NCBI GenBank assembly: GCA_944389345.1
Contig: CALXMA010000001.1
Span: forward strand, 69,117-133,116
From: an uncultured Alphaproteobacteria bacterium
GTDB lineage: Bacteria > Pseudomonadota > Alphaproteobacteria > Rs-D84
Direction of reading: 5' to 3'
Length of the DNA stretch: 64,000 bases
Position numbers and translations under genes: made by a program. Positions 36,911 through 46,950 of this stretch are shown one piece after another. Positions within the stretch are counted from its first letter, which is position 1. Every line of letters starts with the position of its first letter. Under the pieces are notes generated by a model. It searched no databases, was not told the origin of the DNA, and saw only the letters and a list, made by a program, of their open reading frames with translations.

Positions 36911-37252
36911 ATGGAACATTCAGAAATGCAACAAATTGTCCACAGTATGATAACTTTTTCCGATTATAACCGGGCAAAGTTCGCCATGTTGAACGCGGAT
37001 ACGGTTCGTGTGCCGGCGGGATTGTGGCGACGTCATTCTGCCGACAGAATAATGAATTGCGCGCACTGGGTTATTGTGAACTATGAACACCCAGACTATA
37101 CGTTTAATGCGATGGCGCCGTATATGGATGAAAAGCATGTTATTAAATTATTGCGGGCGTCTGTGCCAACGTGGCGTCGCACAATTGATGCGTTTCACAA
37201 GGCGCGCGATGCATACGCAAAAAAAGTATACGGAATATCGAAACAAAAATAA
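36911..37252 (+). CDS. Hypothetical protein (113 aa)
   Basis: The ORF starts 5 nt after smpB and is followed by the hairpin terminator ATCCGC-GTTT-GCGGAT. Confidence 0.5.
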   Translation: MEHSEMQQIVHSMITFSDYNRAKFAMLNADTVRVPAGLWRRHSADRIMNCAHWVIVNYEHPDYTFNAMAPYMDEKHVIKLLRASVPTWRRTIDAFHKARDAYAKKVYGISKQK

Positions 37253-37301
37253 AAAATCCGCGTTTGCGGATTTTTTATTTGCAATATCAGAACGTTGGAA
37301 A

Positions 37302-37847
37302 TTAATCGTCCATTTCCGCACGCATTTGACGATGCAATTCTGCATAAACCGCGTCGAATTCTGCACGTGTTATGCAACCATCTTGGTCCATATCCATAAT
37401 TGGCACCGCCAATTGTAATTGTGGACATTTTACAGATGATGTATCCAGGCACCCATCGTCAAAATCAACATGCGCACCCGGAAAATAACGACCATCGTCC
37501 AGAACCTTGGCCACACCAAAGCCCAATGCAAAAACGATTAAAATCATAATCAGTTTGACCATAAACCGACCGAAACCACCGCGTGTGCATTTTGCGCCAT
37601 CGCCACAATGACAATTGTCGCCACAATGGCATTCCGGGGCACATTTGCAATCATGACCGCATGGACATTTTTCCATAACCGGTTCAACAACCGGGCGCGC
37701 CGTATCAACAGACGGTTTTGCCGGACGACGCGTTGTCGCAGGACGACGTGCGGTCGTGGCACGATTTGTCGTTGTTTTCTTGGCCGTTGCGGTTTTCGCA
37801 GTTTTTGTGGTTTTCGCCGTTGGTTTCTTTACTGACTTAGTTGGCAT
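37302..37847 (-). CDS. Membrane protein with Lys/Thr/Arg-rich tail, metallothionein-like Cys/His cluster, one TM helix and one canonical EF-hand
   Basis: KKPTAKTTKTAKTATAKKTTT..., then CPCGHDCKCAPECHCGDNCHCGDGAKC, then TM FMVKLIMILIVFALGFGVA, then DMDQDGCITRAEF (D.D.DG.I...E). Confidence 0.7.
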   Translation of the reverse strand: MPTKSVKKPTAKTTKTAKTATAKKTTTNRATTARRPATTRRPAKPSVDTARPVVEPVMEKCPCGHDCKCAPECHCGDNCHCGDGAKCTRGGFGRFMVKLIMILIVFALGFGVAKVLDDGRYFPGAHVDFDDGCLDTSSVKCPQLQLAVPIMDMDQDGCITRAEFDAVYAELHRQMRAEMDD

Positions 37848-37987
37848 TTTCCCCTTCCTTTTTATAATGTTTGTGTTCTGATTCTATTCAATCGAATAAA
37901 ATATGTAAAGAATAAAATGCAATTTGCAAACAGAAATCCGCCACATGGCGGATTTCTGAAAATCACATCAAATCGATGCATACGTTA

Positions 37988-38260
37988 TTAATTCAAAGAA
38001 TCTTTTAACGCCTTGCCCGGTTTGAATTTCGGCTGAATCGAAGAAGGAATCTTGATCGCGGCACCCGTCTGAGGATTGCGGCCGGTTGTTGCCTTGCGCT
38101 TTGCGGTTGTGAATGTACCGAAACCAACCAAGCGAACTTCACCCTTCTTTTTCAAAACTTTTGTAACGGTGTTGATGAAAGAATCCAGGCATGCAGCGGC
38201 AGTAGCCTTGGTCACTTCGACATCGTTTGCGATTGCTTCAATCAATTGCTGTTTGTTCAT
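37988..38260 (-). CDS. hup: Nucleoid-associated DNA-binding protein HU
   Basis: MNKQQLIEAIA...VRLVGFGTFTTAKRKATTGRNPQTGAAIKIPSSIQPKFKPGKALKD. Confidence 0.95.
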   Translation of the reverse strand: MNKQQLIEAIANDVEVTKATAAACLDSFINTVTKVLKKKGEVRLVGFGTFTTAKRKATTGRNPQTGAAIKIPSSIQPKFKPGKALKDSLN

Positions 38261-38490
38261 TATGTTTCTCCTTTCATAAATTTATATAAGGTGTCCGGCA
38301 GTCCCAAGGCAATGTCAGTGGAACCCAATATACCCGTGCCGTTCGTTATACCAATCCGCGCAACAAGTTGTATTCCACGGACATTGCCTGTCCTGCTTGT
38401 ACGAATCGTAGAGAATTCGGGCCTTTAAGTCAAGAGCATATTTATTTCTGGCCGTATTTTATCAATGTTGACAAATTTTATATAATCAGA

Positions 38491-38967
38491 CTAGTTATGA
38501 ACCGTGTTCGCCGGAACCGCCGTCGCATTGCCAGAAAAACTGTCGCACAGGACGTATTCGCCAGGCATACCATCAACATGAACCGTACGAAAATAATTGG
38601 GTGTCATCACAAACAACAGCACTATGACCGACGCCCAAAACAACCATTTTGTCATCTGCCACGGTTTCTTGAAACTGTCGCGTTTGAATGAATCGGTCAA
38701 TAAATTTTGATACAGCGCCCACCCCCAACTGAACGCCAAAACCATAATTGCGAAAAACAACGCCATTACCAAGTAATGCCTGAACGGGGCAATCGCCATC
38801 GCAAATTCGTCCCAAAACATCGATTCCGTGGGACACACATACAATGTCTGGGCCAGAACGTCCGGCGACAGTGTCGTTGGTTCGGCCGGTATAATCTGCA
38901 TACCAAACGATACCGCAATAACTATGGATACCAACGCGACAATCGCAAATAACATTAATGGCTTCAT
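38491..38967 (-). CDS. Hypothetical integral membrane protein (158 aa, about 4 TM helices)
   Basis: ORF with hydrophobic helices. No family recognised. Confidence 0.5.
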   Translation of the reverse strand: MKPLMLFAIVALVSIVIAVSFGMQIIPAEPTTLSPDVLAQTLYVCPTESMFWDEFAMAIAPFRHYLVMALFFAIMVLAFSWGWALYQNLLTDSFKRDSFKKPWQMTKWLFWASVIVLLFVMTPNYFRTVHVDGMPGEYVLCDSFSGNATAVPANTVHN

Positions 38968-39057
38968 TTATTTGATTCCCAAAATTCTTTGTTGTATATT
39001 ATATCACAACTAAGTAATACATTGCAATTTTATAAACTTTTATTTAGAATCTGGGTC

Positions 39058-39888
39058 ATGATGCGCAAGAAAAATAACATTGTCATAGGTTTAACAACAA
39101 TGGGCAACGAAATGTTGCAGATTTCTGTGCCTGCGTTGGGAAAATTGCGCCAAAAATTTATGCTGGTCATATTTAATGACAATCCTGTTGAAACCGTGTC
39201 GCGCCGACAAATTCGAAAATTGGGATACTGTGGCGATTTGGAAATAATCAACAGTGTTGAAAACATGGGAACGTTGGGCGCACGCATGGAAATCGTAAAT
39301 TTTGTGCGAAATAAAATGCCCGCAAAACCCGACTGGATTGTGTTCTGTGATGACGACGATATGCTGATAGACCTGGAAATTCCCGATGTCGCAGATGACA
39401 ATTTTGCAATTATCCAGGGTGCGTATTTACTGAATCATCGCGTTGCGGATTTATTACGCGCAATCAATTCGCCCAATGAACTGGAACCCGATGGGGAAAA
39501 TATAGAACTGGCACGGCCACACATCGGCTTTGCCGGGACGCCATTGCGGACCAATATTTTATTCGGTGTTGCCGATATTATCCCGGAAATTAACGACGCC
39601 ATACAAAAGGTAAATGACGAACTGGATTATCGTGCGCCGGTTGATTTAATGATGTGGAACTTTGTAAACATGTATGCCCGTGCGGTTAATCCCGATGCGG
39701 TTCCAATCTATATGGACAAAATTAATTACATAAAAAATAATTTGGACAGCACGCGTATGAAGTACGGACGTTTGACACGACCGGTACGCAACCGCGAAGA
39801 ACACTATCGCCGTGCATTGGCTAAATATGACGCGATATTCAAAACCGCGCTGGATATCGCCCGCGCCCGTATGGGCACACAGAATTAA
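39058..39888 (+). CDS. Hypothetical protein, possibly a glycosyltransferase-like enzyme (DxD)
   Basis: IVIGLTTMGN...LVIFNDNP...DWIVFCDDDDML suggests a GT-A-like DxD motif. This is weak. Confidence 0.45.
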   Translation: MMRKKNNIVIGLTTMGNEMLQISVPALGKLRQKFMLVIFNDNPVETVSRRQIRKLGYCGDLEIINSVENMGTLGARMEIVNFVRNKMPAKPDWIVFCDDDDMLIDLEIPDVADDNFAIIQGAYLLNHRVADLLRAINSPNELEPDGENIELARPHIGFAGTPLRTNILFGVADIIPEINDAIQKVNDELDYRAPVDLMMWNFVNMYARAVNPDAVPIYMDKINYIKNNLDSTRMKYGRLTRPVRNREEHYRRALAKYDAIFKTALDIARARMGTQN

Positions 39889-39966
39889 TTTAGTTGTTGA
39901 AACAACTGTACAATACTTATAAAATTTCACGAAATTAAAACCGATTTATGCAAGGGGAAATATAAA

Positions 39967-42024
39967 ATGACATATAATGATGTTCGCAAAGTTTTCTTGG
40001 ATTTTTTTGAATCCAAAGGACATAAAATTGTGCCATCGGCATCGCTGATACCAAATGATCCGACACTGTTGTTCACCGTGGCGGGGATGGTCCCATGGAA
40101 GGGAATTTTACAGGGCACAGAACCCGCATTCGCACCGCGCGTTGCAGACGTACAGAAATGTATCCGCGCGGGGGGTAAACATAACGACCTGGACGAAGTT
40201 GGATTCGATGGACGACATCATACTTTTTTTGAAATGGTCGGAAATTGGTCGTTTGGCGATTATTTCAAAGAAGGTGCAATCGAAATGTCTTGGGAATTAT
40301 TGACCAAGGTTTTGAAGTTAGATCCCGCACGTCTGCGTGTTACAACGCACGAAACCGATGAAGAATCCACAGAAATCTGGCGCAAGGTTGCCGGTAAAGA
40401 GGCTATTCGTCTGGGGGATAAAGACAACTGGTGGTCGGCGGGCGACACCGGTCCATGCGGTCCGTGCACCGAAATATTCTATGACTTTGGCGACAGTTTC
40501 GAAAACGAAGACGATCGCTGGGTCGAAATATGGAACGACGTTTTTATGCAATACGACCGCGACGCAAACGGCAATCTGACCCCGTTGCCAAAACAAAACG
40601 TCGATACAGGTGGTGGTCTGGAACGCTGGGTCGCAATGATGCAGGGAAAAACAGACAACTATGACACGGATTTATTTGTTAACCTGATTCACGCCACAGA
40701 AGACGTTGTTGGGGTAAAGAAAACAGACGAAAACACCGCATCATTCAAAGTAATTGTTGACCACCTGCGCGCCGTTGGGTTCGCCATTGCAGACGGTGTT
40801 ATCCCCAGCAATACAGACCGCGGGTATGTTATCAGACGTATTCTGCGCCGGGCGATGCGTCATGGACAAATCTTGGGTCATCGGGGCGCACTGTTGTCGC
40901 GTTTGTATCCGGCGTTAATAACGGAAATGGGCGACGTGTATCCAGAACTGGGGCGCGAAGAAAAACGCGTTGTGGAAATTATACAAAACGAAGAAAACGC
41001 CTTTGCAGACATGTTGCAGAACGGTATGAAGTTGTTAGACAACGAAATTCCAAAGGTTCACAACGGCGTTTTATCGGGCGACGTCGCATTCAAATTATTT
41101 GATACGTATGGATTTCCGCTGGATTTAACACAAATGATTTTGCGCGATAAAAATATGTCTGTGGATACGGATGGTTTTGAACGCGCAATGGCAGAACAAA
41201 AAGAACGCAGTCGTGCAAATACCAAGGGTACACGCGTACTGTGGGAATCTTTGTCCGATTTGCCGGCGACCGACGATTCCACAAAATATGCACCCGTGGC
41301 CGATTTAGAATCACGTGTATTGGCCATTTTGCGCGATGGCGAATTTGTACAGTCTGCAAACGCCGGCGACGCGGTAGAAGTTGCACTGGACAAAACTAAT
41401 TTCTATGGCACCCAAGGTGGCCAGGTCGGCGATTCTGGTGATTTAATCAAGGGTACAGATGTTGTGATGAATGTGGTCGAAGCCGGTCGCGTCGACAACA
41501 TTGTTATTCACAAGGGTAATTTGGTTGCGCCGTTATCTGTGGGCGATGTTGTCAAAACGGCAATCAACACCAACGTGCGTCAACAGACCGCGCGCGCACA
41601 CACGGCAACGCATTTATTGCAATCTGCCCTGCGCCATGTTCTGAACGAAGACGTTGAACAACGTGGGTCCAAGGTTTCGCCTGATTCTGTACGCTTTGAT
41701 TTCTCGTTCGGGCGTGCGATGACCGCCGAAGAAAAACAGGCTGTTGAAGATTTGGTCAACAAATGGATTGCCGCAGATATGCCCGTGGCACACGAAGAAA
41801 TGTCGTTGGATATGGCACGGCAACGTGGTGCAATGGCGCTGTTTGGCGAAAAATACGGCGACACGGTCAAGGTTATCACCGCCGGCGACGTATCTTGCGA
41901 ACTGTGCGGTGGGACACACGTGTATCACACCGGCGAAATTATCCGCGCCCATGTGAACAAGGAAAAATCCATCAGCAGTGGTATCCGACGCATAACCATG
42001 TCCGTTGGAACATTGGCAGAATAA
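39967..42024 (+). CDS. alaS: Alanine--tRNA ligase, short form (685 aa; ends after the editing domain, no C-Ala domain)
   Basis: FLDFFESKGH, PNDPTLLFTVAGM, RAGGKHNDLDEVG, FFEMVGNWSFGDYFK, editing-domain motifs HTATHLL and CGGTHV. The stop is followed immediately by a strong terminator. Confidence 0.95.
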   Translation: MTYNDVRKVFLDFFESKGHKIVPSASLIPNDPTLLFTVAGMVPWKGILQGTEPAFAPRVADVQKCIRAGGKHNDLDEVGFDGRHHTFFEMVGNWSFGDYFKEGAIEMSWELLTKVLKLDPARLRVTTHETDEESTEIWRKVAGKEAIRLGDKDNWWSAGDTGPCGPCTEIFYDFGDSFENEDDRWVEIWNDVFMQYDRDANGNLTPLPKQNVDTGGGLERWVAMMQGKTDNYDTDLFVNLIHATEDVVGVKKTDENTASFKVIVDHLRAVGFAIADGVIPSNTDRGYVIRRILRRAMRHGQILGHRGALLSRLYPALITEMGDVYPELGREEKRVVEIIQNEENAFADMLQNGMKLLDNEIPKVHNGVLSGDVAFKLFDTYGFPLDLTQMILRDKNMSVDTDGFERAMAEQKERSRANTKGTRVLWESLSDLPATDDSTKYAPVADLESRVLAILRDGEFVQSANAGDAVEVALDKTNFYGTQGGQVGDSGDLIKGTDVVMNVVEAGRVDNIVIHKGNLVAPLSVGDVVKTAINTNVRQQTARAHTATHLLQSALRHVLNEDVEQRGSKVSPDSVRFDFSFGRAMTAEEKQAVEDLVNKWIAADMPVAHEEMSLDMARQRGAMALFGEKYGDTVKVITAGDVSCELCGGTHVYHTGEIIRAHVNKEKSISSGIRRITMSVGTLAE

Positions 42025-42030
42025 ATAAAA

Positions 42031-42052
42031 ACGGGGTATTGCCCCGTTTTTA
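42031..42052 (+). terminator. Rho-independent terminator of alaS
   Basis: ACGGGG-TATT-GCCCCGT followed by TTTTT. Confidence 0.8.
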
Positions 42053-42298
42053 TTTCATAAACGCTGGGCATTATTCCCCTTGCATTTATTTCAATTTGTA
42101 CTAGAATTAACAGGGTCAGAGAGATTTTGGACAAGTTCCAAAAAATGACAATCCCCGCAGTTTTAATTGCTTGATTGATTATCCGCGGGGCAAAAATGTC
42201 GTGTTGCCACAGATTCACTACACATAAAGATTTACGTCTTTATTGGCAATGGATTTTGTGGCAACACACTGGTTAAACCATTAAAAAGGATTTTATTT

Positions 42299-44101
42299 AT
42301 GGTAAAAGTTAGACAAAAACAAAACGCGCCGGAAACCGTCGTGTCTGATGCACCGGCCAAGCATGCCAAGATGACCGGCATGAACAAATTTGAAAATGAT
42401 AAAAACGATGAAAAATTGTACTTTATGGCGTTGGGCGGACTGGAACACGTCGGCCAAAATATGTACGTTTACAAGTACAAGGGTAAATATCTGGTCGTGG
42501 ATTGCGGTATGGGATTTCTGGAAGAAGAAATCGGTGCCGGTGATGTACAATACTGTGATACAACATGGCTGGAAAAGCGCAAAAAAGATGTCGTCGGTTT
42601 CGTTTTAACACACGGACACGAAGACCATATCGGCGCATTGAAATATGTTTGGCCGAAATTCAGAAAGCCTATTTATTGCACTCGTTTTCCGGCCGAAATA
42701 CTGCGTCAAACATTCCAAGGTATCGAATTAGATTTTAATCCAGAAAAAGATATTATCGTATTCGACCATCATGGTGCGACGTTAAATCTGGCACCGTTCG
42801 AAGTGGAAACATTCCATGTTTCGCATTCCGTGCCCGAAGCACAAATGTTAATTATCAAAACGCCCGCTGGGAAAGTATTACATACAGGCGACTGGACTTT
42901 TAACGACGGGAACCCAATCGAAGATCCGACCGATTATGCACGTTTGCGTGAAATTGGTTCTGATCCGAAATTGTTGGCATGTATGTCAGATTCTACGTCT
43001 GCATCACGTCAAGAGGCGCAAACCACAGAATTACAGGTTCGCGATACTTTGACAGAAATTATGAAAAACGCACCTGGGCGCGTTCTGGTCACGGGATATT
43101 CACGCAGTATCGCGCGTATGAAAATGTTTGCCGAGGCCGCACACGCCGCCGGGCGCATCGCCGCAATCAAAGAACGCAGTAATCCAAACCCGGTGCCATT
43201 CGTGGGTCTGCCAGAATTCCGCGAAATGGGAATCGAATTTGGATACCTGGGCAAGGATGATGTTTACCTGCACAGCGAAATCAAAGATTTGCCCGCAGAA
43301 AAACAGGCCATATTCCTGACCGGGTCCCAAGGCGAACAGTTCGCAATGCTGACCCGTTTGTGTCGTGGTCATGTTAAGGAAATGAAACTGCAACCGACAG
43401 ATACTGTTTTATTCAGTTCTATCATTATTCCGGGACGTGAACAGGATGTTTCGTATCTGTACAACAAACTGGCACGTATGGGCATCAAAACGCATACTAT
43501 TTACGACACAGACCATCTGCACGCCAGTGGTCATGCCGGACGTCCAGAATTTGAACGGTTCTATGACATGGTGCACCCACAGGTATCCGTACCAATGCAT
43601 GGCGATTACATTAATGAAATGCTGAACGGTAAAATGGCAATGGAACGCGGTGGCGCAAAATACATGATGGTTGTTCATAATGGCGAAATGATTGCACTGA
43701 GTGATGGCGAAGCGCCATATATCGCAGAAACAATCGAAACAGGTTTCGTCGTTATGGAGGGTGAAACCGAACGCAGTACAGATGACCCCGTGTATAAAAC
43801 ACGTAAAAAAATCGCCACAAACGGTGCTATATTCGTTACGTTGCCCGTTGATAAACGCGGTTTTCTGAAAGGCACCCCAGAAGTTTCCAGTGCCGGCATA
43901 TTCGAAACCGATGACACCGGTTTTATGAAACGCCAAATCCAGATTGAAATAACCAAGGCGATTGATGGTCTGACCAAGGCCGAACGCAAGGAAAAATCGA
44001 ATCTGATTCGCGCGGTTCAATCGGCGTCTAATCGTGTTGTGCGCGCATCATTGGGGGCGGATAAAAAACCGCAATACAGTGTGCATTTCGTTCAAAAATA
44101 A
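42299..44101 (+). CDS. rnj: Ribonuclease J (metallo-beta-lactamase/beta-CASP family); start may be the internal Met at 42371
   Basis: FMALGGLEHVGQNMYVY, LVVDCG, LTHGHEDHIGAL, HTGDW and ASGHAG are beta-CASP RNase J-type motifs. Confidence 0.85.
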   Translation: MVKVRQKQNAPETVVSDAPAKHAKMTGMNKFENDKNDEKLYFMALGGLEHVGQNMYVYKYKGKYLVVDCGMGFLEEEIGAGDVQYCDTTWLEKRKKDVVGFVLTHGHEDHIGALKYVWPKFRKPIYCTRFPAEILRQTFQGIELDFNPEKDIIVFDHHGATLNLAPFEVETFHVSHSVPEAQMLIIKTPAGKVLHTGDWTFNDGNPIEDPTDYARLREIGSDPKLLACMSDSTSASRQEAQTTELQVRDTLTEIMKNAPGRVLVTGYSRSIARMKMFAEAAHAAGRIAAIKERSNPNPVPFVGLPEFREMGIEFGYLGKDDVYLHSEIKDLPAEKQAIFLTGSQGEQFAMLTRLCRGHVKEMKLQPTDTVLFSSIIIPGREQDVSYLYNKLARMGIKTHTIYDTDHLHASGHAGRPEFERFYDMVHPQVSVPMHGDYINEMLNGKMAMERGGAKYMMVVHNGEMIALSDGEAPYIAETIETGFVVMEGETERSTDDPVYKTRKKIATNGAIFVTLPVDKRGFLKGTPEVSSAGIFETDDTGFMKRQIQIEITKAIDGLTKAERKEKSNLIRAVQSASNRVVRASLGADKKPQYSVHFVQK

Positions 44102-44104
44102 AAA

Positions 44105-44125
44105 ACGCCCGTTTGGGCGTTTTTT
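44105..44125. terminator. Bidirectional terminator between rnj and the recombinase gene
   Basis: AAAAAACGCCC-GTTT-GGGCGTTTTTT. Confidence 0.8.
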
Positions 44126-44134
44126 ATTGGTTTG

Positions 44135-45082
44135 TTATTGCTTTGTACCATCGTCGTCCGCGCCGTCCGGGTCCGAATGCGCCAATGGGTGCGCGTGTTC
44201 ATAGATATTCATTATCTCGGACATATTGACGCGGGTGTATAACTGGGTCGTGGATAACGATGAATGCCCCAATAATTCTTGTAAACTGCGCAAATCCGCC
44301 CCACCCGCCAACAACGCCGTTGCAAATGTATGGCGCAACGCGTGCGGGGTTACATAATCTGGCAATTGTAAATAAATGCGCAATTTTTCTATGACTTTTT
44401 CCGCCATACGCGACGACATAGGCAGTCCGCGAACACTGCGAAACAGCGGGTCGTTTGGTCGCGTACCAAACGGCGATACGCGCATATATTTTTCCACCGC
44501 GTCCAGAACAATCGGCAATGTCGGAACAATGCGCTCTTTGCCACCCTTGCCCATGATTCGCAACGCATCTGGACGGCCCCGTAAATCAACATTACGCAGG
44601 GATAGTGCTTCGGATATGCGCAGACCGCATCCAAACATCAATACCACCAACGCCCAATCGCGCGCAGAAATCCACGGCTCATTTGCGTCCAGTTCGCGAA
44701 TTGCATCGTGCATATGTTCAACATCGCTGACTTCGATGGCCTTGGACAATTTGCGCGGGACCTTTGGCGAAGATATCAGTCCGATGGATTTGTTTGATAT
44801 ATTATGCTTTTTCGCCAAAAATTTATAAAAACCGCGCAAAGACGATAACGCCCGCGCGGTCGATTTATGTGCCAGATTACGGCGCGCCCTGTCCGCCAAC
44901 CACGCGCGAAAGCAAATAGTGTCCGCACGGGCAACATCGTCCAGGGTTGCCGTATCGCCATTATATTCGCCACAGAACCGCAAGAAGTCAATTACATCTG
45001 ATTCATAGGCATTAACCGTATGTTCAGAATAATTTTTAGTCCGCGACAAATATTCAATAAATTCAGCAAGATATTCGTTCAT
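44135..45082 (-). CDS. Tyrosine site-specific recombinase, XerC/XerD family
   Basis: N-terminal SAM-like domain (SEHTVNAYESDVIDFLRF). Catalytic region GLRISEAL...HALRHTFATALL..GADLRSLQELLGHSSLSTTQLYT. Confidence 0.85.
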   Translation of the reverse strand: MNEYLAEFIEYLSRTKNYSEHTVNAYESDVIDFLRFCGEYNGDTATLDDVARADTICFRAWLADRARRNLAHKSTARALSSLRGFYKFLAKKHNISNKSIGLISSPKVPRKLSKAIEVSDVEHMHDAIRELDANEPWISARDWALVVLMFGCGLRISEALSLRNVDLRGRPDALRIMGKGGKERIVPTLPIVLDAVEKYMRVSPFGTRPNDPLFRSVRGLPMSSRMAEKVIEKLRIYLQLPDYVTPHALRHTFATALLAGGADLRSLQELLGHSSLSTTQLYTRVNMSEIMNIYEHAHPLAHSDPDGADDDGTKQ

Positions 45083-45084
45083 CT

Positions 45085-45828
45085 TTATCTGATTTCAAAT
45101 GTTGCAGATACAGATACTGAAACTTCGGTATCTTTGGCAACAATACTGCCCGTGGCGGAAAAAGCCTCGGCATCGGCGACCGCCATTTTGGCAGATGACG
45201 CCAAGAAGTTTGTCGCACGTGGCTGTATCGATGACGTTCCGCCCGTACTGTACGATACGCGCAACATATTGCCAACCGTATCACCATCACCGCCGACCAA
45301 CGCCGTCGCACGTTCGCGCGCATTTTCAACAGCACTGCTTAGACAACTTTCCAATGCGGGTTTCATTGCTTCGGCACTGGTATACATACGCAAATTTTCA
45401 GAATATACGTCTGTTTGGCCCGCAAATTGGGTCAAGATTTTTTCAATGGTTTCAATATTGTCCGCGGAAACGTCCAACGCAATCGTCGTTTCTGTACCCA
45501 ACACAACCGATTTTTCCAGTTCGCGATTCCATTCACTGCGTTCATAAGAATTAAATTCTGTGGTTTGGACCTGGACATCTTGTTTTTTCAGATAGTTCGT
45601 GATTTCGGCAATTTTTGCAGTGGCCTGTTTCATAGAAACCGCCGGATTTTTATCCAACGTTGTTACGCGCAATGTGATTGCCGTTCTGTCCTTGGGCACG
45701 GTGGTCAGACATTCTCCCGTCACAGAAACTTCGCGTGGGGTTGTCGGTTTTTCCAACCATCCAAACAATAATGCCAATACGGCACCAACACCAATTACAC
45801 TGCCCGCCCAGATTAATGCGTTTTTCAT
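45085..45828 (-). CDS. SIMPL/DUF541 (BP26-like) periplasmic protein
   Basis: N-terminal TM/signal, then VSVTGECLTTVPKDRTAITLRV..., with size and pattern typical of SIMPL-domain proteins. Confidence 0.65.
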   Translation of the reverse strand: MKNALIWAGSVIGVGAVLALLFGWLEKPTTPREVSVTGECLTTVPKDRTAITLRVTTLDKNPAVSMKQATAKIAEITNYLKKQDVQVQTTEFNSYERSEWNRELEKSVVLGTETTIALDVSADNIETIEKILTQFAGQTDVYSENLRMYTSAEAMKPALESCLSSAVENARERATALVGGDGDTVGNMLRVSYSTGGTSSIQPRATNFLASSAKMAVADAEAFSATGSIVAKDTEVSVSVSATFEIR

Positions 45829-45856
45829 ATTTTCTCCTTTGCCTTGGTTTTATATT

Positions 45857-46849
45857 TTATCCCAACATAGCGCGACGTACGCGTTCGTATGTTTGTTCGG
45901 CCACCGCGCGCGCACGTGGCGCACCATTGGCCAAAATAGCATCCAATTCATCTGTATTCGCCATCAAGCGTTCGTATTCCATACGCGGTGTGGCCAATAC
46001 CGAATTTATTTTTTCAAACAATATCTTTTTCGCATCACCGTATCCCATGCCACCGTTTTCAAAGCGCGCACGAAAATCCGCGACTTCATTTTCATTCGCA
46101 AAATGCTTGTACAATTGGAATATCGTGGATTCGTCCGGATTTTTCGGTTCTGCGGGCAATTTACTGTCTGTGATTATGCGCATAATCTTTTTTTTCAATT
46201 CTGATTCAGGCGCAAATAATGGGATGACGTTGTCATAAGATTTGCTCATCTTGCGCCCGTCCAGTCCCGGAATAATGCCCGTGTCCGCGCCAATCATTGG
46301 TTCCGGCAATTTGAATGTTTCACCGTAAATATGATTGAAATATCCCGCAATGTCGCGCGCAAATTCAACATGCTGTTTCTGATCCGCACCAACGGGGACA
46401 ATGTCGGAATTATACAGTAATATATCCGCCGCCATCAGTATCGGATATGTATATAGTCCCATATTTATGCCCGCATCTGCATCCGCACCAACGGCGGTAT
46501 TTTTATCAACCGCGGCCTTGTATGAATGCGCCCGGTTCATCAAACCCTTGGGCGTGACATTCATCAACATGGTGGTTAATTGAGAAACCTGGACCACGTC
46601 AGATTGACGGAATAGAATCGCGTTATCTAAATTCAACCCCAATGCCATCAAAATTGCGGCAATTTCGTATGTGTGTTGTCGAATTAGTTTCGGGTCATGG
46701 ATTATATTTAACGCGTGCAAATCGGCAATAAACACAAATGTTTTGTTTGTTTTTGCCATTTCAATTAACGGTTTTAACGCGGCGACGTAATTCCCCAAAT
46801 GCGGTGTGCCGGTTGGCTTGATTCCGGTTAAGACAACTTTATCTGACAT
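45857..46849 (-). CDS. trpS: Tryptophan--tRNA ligase
   Basis: Start moved to MSDKVVLTGIKPTGTPHLGNY (HIGH-type). KMSKS motif RKMSKS. Confidence 0.95.
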   Translation of the reverse strand: MSDKVVLTGIKPTGTPHLGNYVAALKPLIEMAKTNKTFVFIADLHALNIIHDPKLIRQHTYEIAAILMALGLNLDNAILFRQSDVVQVSQLTTMLMNVTPKGLMNRAHSYKAAVDKNTAVGADADAGINMGLYTYPILMAADILLYNSDIVPVGADQKQHVEFARDIAGYFNHIYGETFKLPEPMIGADTGIIPGLDGRKMSKSYDNVIPLFAPESELKKKIMRIITDSKLPAEPKNPDESTIFQLYKHFANENEVADFRARFENGGMGYGDAKKILFEKINSVLATPRMEYERLMANTDELDAILANGAPRARAVAEQTYERVRRAMLG

Positions 46850-46950
46850 TATAAAATCCTTTTGCGTTGTATGATAAAACGTTTGTGATACATTTACCAG
46901 TAAAAAGAAATCCCGCCGGATGGGCGGGATTAAATTCTGTCGCGTTATTA

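Noticed and set aside
45020-46238. Plus-strand ORFs antisense to the SIMPL-domain gene and trpS (45020-45547, 45599-46204 and 45678-46238).
   Set aside because: The opposite-strand genes have clear family motifs: trpS has HIGH and KMSKS, and the SIMPL protein has its signal and anchor. The antisense translations are low-complexity.
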